A stretch of 63,959 nt of DNA, counting the filler, from Ionaspis alba (lineage: Eukaryota): NCBI GenBank assembly GCA_964255285.1. It is 12 parts of 12 records of this genome, joined end to end, with 100 filler letters (N's around TTAATTAATTAA, not from the genome) between each part and the next. Parts side by side here need not be neighbours in the genome. Positions count along the whole stretch, not along the records: positions 58,831 to 63,959 come from CAXUUL010001037.1; 11 more parts are not named here. One strand, 5' to 3'. A program made the translations under genes and the position numbers. A model generated the notes under the pieces. That model saw only the letters and a list, made by a program, of their open reading frames with translations, was not told the DNA's origin and searched no databases. Below are positions 61,581 to 63,959 of this stretch, piece by piece. Position 1 is the first letter of the stretch. Each line of letters opens with the position of its first letter.

Positions 61581-63959
61581 GTATCCTCTATGTAATAGGT
61601 TCCCGAGACCGAAAACCGAGAAGTTCGGTCGTTGGAGGAAGTAGGACCCACCCCAGCGTACAGGGCTTGGGCCAGGCAACCGCTAGCTACAGGCAGTTTC
61701 AAAGGTTGGCTAGGCAGATTGACAATGGATATCAGCCGGCATGCATCACCGTAGCGCAGCTGGGAGCGAGGGTGGAATCGTGGAATCCCGGCCTGGGGGA
61801 ATGGGGGATGAAAGGAATTCAAGAATGACGGAAGGTGAGAGTGTTACTTTGTTTAGTGACTGGAGAGAAACACGGATGGAAGTGGAGACAGCCTGGGTAC
61901 TGGCAGGATGAACGGCTTTTGCTCTGCAGAAACTGTGTTGAAAGAAGGACGAAAGCCCGTAGTAGTTAGTCTTAGTAGTGGTCTTAGTCGGCTCCTGGGC
62001 GAACCGAGGTGGAGAGATGTGTCAGGATCTGGGGTGGGGGTTGAGAAGGTTCAATCAAGTTCCAACAAGGGACTGGTGATAGAAGCTGTAGAAGAAGCGG
62101 GTGTTTCGAGCCTTCGCAGAAGACGAAAAGGAAAGGAAGGAGTAGGAGAGAGAAGAAAAGATTACGATATTCGATGCTGACCAAGAGGTACTCTGGGTCA
62201 AGGACTGGGGAAGAAGAGAAGAACAGAGTGGCAGCGGCGGTGGATGCTTGTTGCTCCGTATGATTTGTTAGGGTGCAGCAATAGCGGAATAGCGGGCGTT
62301 CTTAGGTGCGATCGACACGAGGTCGTTGCTGGGATTAGGGGGCAAGACAGGGCACAGGGGAAGGCACGACCAAGCAACAACACAAGCAAATGCTAGAAGC
62401 TGCTTTAGCCCGGCAGGACCACGCTATGCCATGAGACAGCAATCTCATGGCTGCTGTCTGTCCAATCGAAGCAATGGGAGGATCACTGTACTGTGGCTAC
62501 TCGTACATGCTGTAAGCTGTGAACTGATGCATCGGAATTGCAGCAACAATCATCATCCTTGAATGCATGTCTGCAGATTCTTCTGCTCGTCATCCTCCTG
62601 AGATGTTGTGTCATTGTAAATCTATCAATCGTCTACGAGACATCGACGCTGAGCTTGTTCCGAGGTGCGTGTACTATTACTAACATGACCAAACCGTTTC
62701 AACTAGAGCTTACATTTTTTGTGATTGCGCACGTTTAACTCCGAAGCCTATCCAATAGTCTAGAGGGTAAGCTCTACCCTCAATTTGCCGTGCCACGTGG
62801 CTACTTACCTAGTAATCAAGGGATATACCATAGGAAACATGTCGAACAGCAGTGATAGCCCTAATGGCAATTCCTGTATCGTGATGTTTCCGATTCTGCT
62901 GTTGTCCGATCGTACCGTTGCCACTTTTCTGCGTGCTCGCTCCAAGTACCCTCCTCGCCGTGGGCAGACGCTATGTGGCAACGCGGCACGAGTGTGGCCA
63001 GGATTTGAAAGGCGGCAGTCATCCGCAGGGATTGAGATTTGATCCTGACTGGCTGAACCTCGGGGAATGCTTGCTGAGGATGACAGAGGACGTTCCGTCT
63101 TGCCCAACCGATCAGTCCTCCCTTTTGACTGGCTAATGCAAGGACTTACAAGGATGTCGCGTGCTTCCCTTGCCACGTGTGAAGGGTATGTGCGCCTGTC
63201 TAGCCTCCCCGCCAGCCGAGATAGCCAGGCTTTGGTTCGCTCTGCCTCCGCAATTGCTCACAAAGCTTAAGAGTGATGATGAATCCAAAATCTCTCGAGT
63301 CTGATTCCACACGCATATCTTGTCATATCATGGTAAAGCTAGTGGAGCACTCCTATTTGCCGTCCACCTTGCACACCACAGATGTACCGAGAGAAACTCC
63401 ACAGGCACACCTTTCCGTCCGCCAAGGGTAAGATGCCGGCAGTCCTCGGGCGAAGGATTTCATGGTTAACACAGCTCAACGTGGAAGATTACCACACTAG
63501 ACACATTCAACGAGGGGTCAAGGACAAGTCGACGTTCATCATTCACACATGTAGTACACTCGTGTCCCTGATTCTTCCTCTTTCAATGCCGCTCAACAAG
63601 CGAGCGGCGTCTAAACGGCGTAAATAGATGAGAAAGCTCGCCGATCATGTGCAAGTACTGTAGGAAGGAGTTCGTGCTTGGATGGTTTGCGTTGGAGATG
63701 TGGTATCGGAACCACCGTGAAAGCATGTATGCTATCTTTCGATAGCAATGCGGGCAAATGTCATCTGGTTAAGTTGGTCCTCCTAGTATGATGAGTCGTG
63801 ATCGTCTGCGAATCTAGTCGAGTGCCTTGGGATATCATTGAATTTGGACTTTTCCCAATTCCTTCACAATAACAAGAGGCAAACATCATCTTGAAGTCGC
63901 TGTGTATAAGAAGTTCTGGCGCACACCCATCTGTACCTACCCGTACTCGATGTTGCTTG

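Noticed and set aside
61700..63959. Short ORFs upstream of flbA, and at 21563-23600 upstream of acr-2, as genes or transposon remnants
   Set aside because: No domain, splice-consistent model, terminal repeats or RIP-like AT richness was seen. These are consistent with long regulatory regions.

Overview
Eukaryotic DNA from a filamentous ascomycete (Pezizomycotina-type genes with short GT-AG introns of about 50-70 nt). The window is not one locus. It is 12 unrelated ~5.2-5.3 kb contigs or scaffolds, sorted by decreasing length and joined by artificial N44-TTAATTAATTAA-N44 spacers, with three internal 100-N gaps, so gene adjacency across spacers is meaningless. About 22 protein-coding genes can be modelled, many truncated: eIF3g, ARV1, a NACHT/NLR-like receptor, a GRDP/DUF1399 protein, a secreted flavoenzyme, a DUF3433 membrane protein, an Old Yellow Enzyme, AP-3 beta, TVP15, RPC37, an acr-2-like Zn2Cys6 factor, DNA ligase IV, U2SURP, VCX1, an S10 carboxypeptidase, acid trehalase, an F-box protein, an SDR, VTC1, an Alba-like protein, AHC1, DUF4246, a CYP52-like P450 and flbA. 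No rRNA, tRNA, CRISPR array or clear transposon was seen. No multi-gene novel system can be supported. The best leads are a structured RNA candidate just 3' of LIG4, peptide-like uORFs (31.0 kb and the acr-2 leader), a DUF4246 protein lacking its putative metal ligands, the NLR, and a recurrent C-rich to G-rich compositional switch inside genes. Family assignments come from motif recognition, not database searches.
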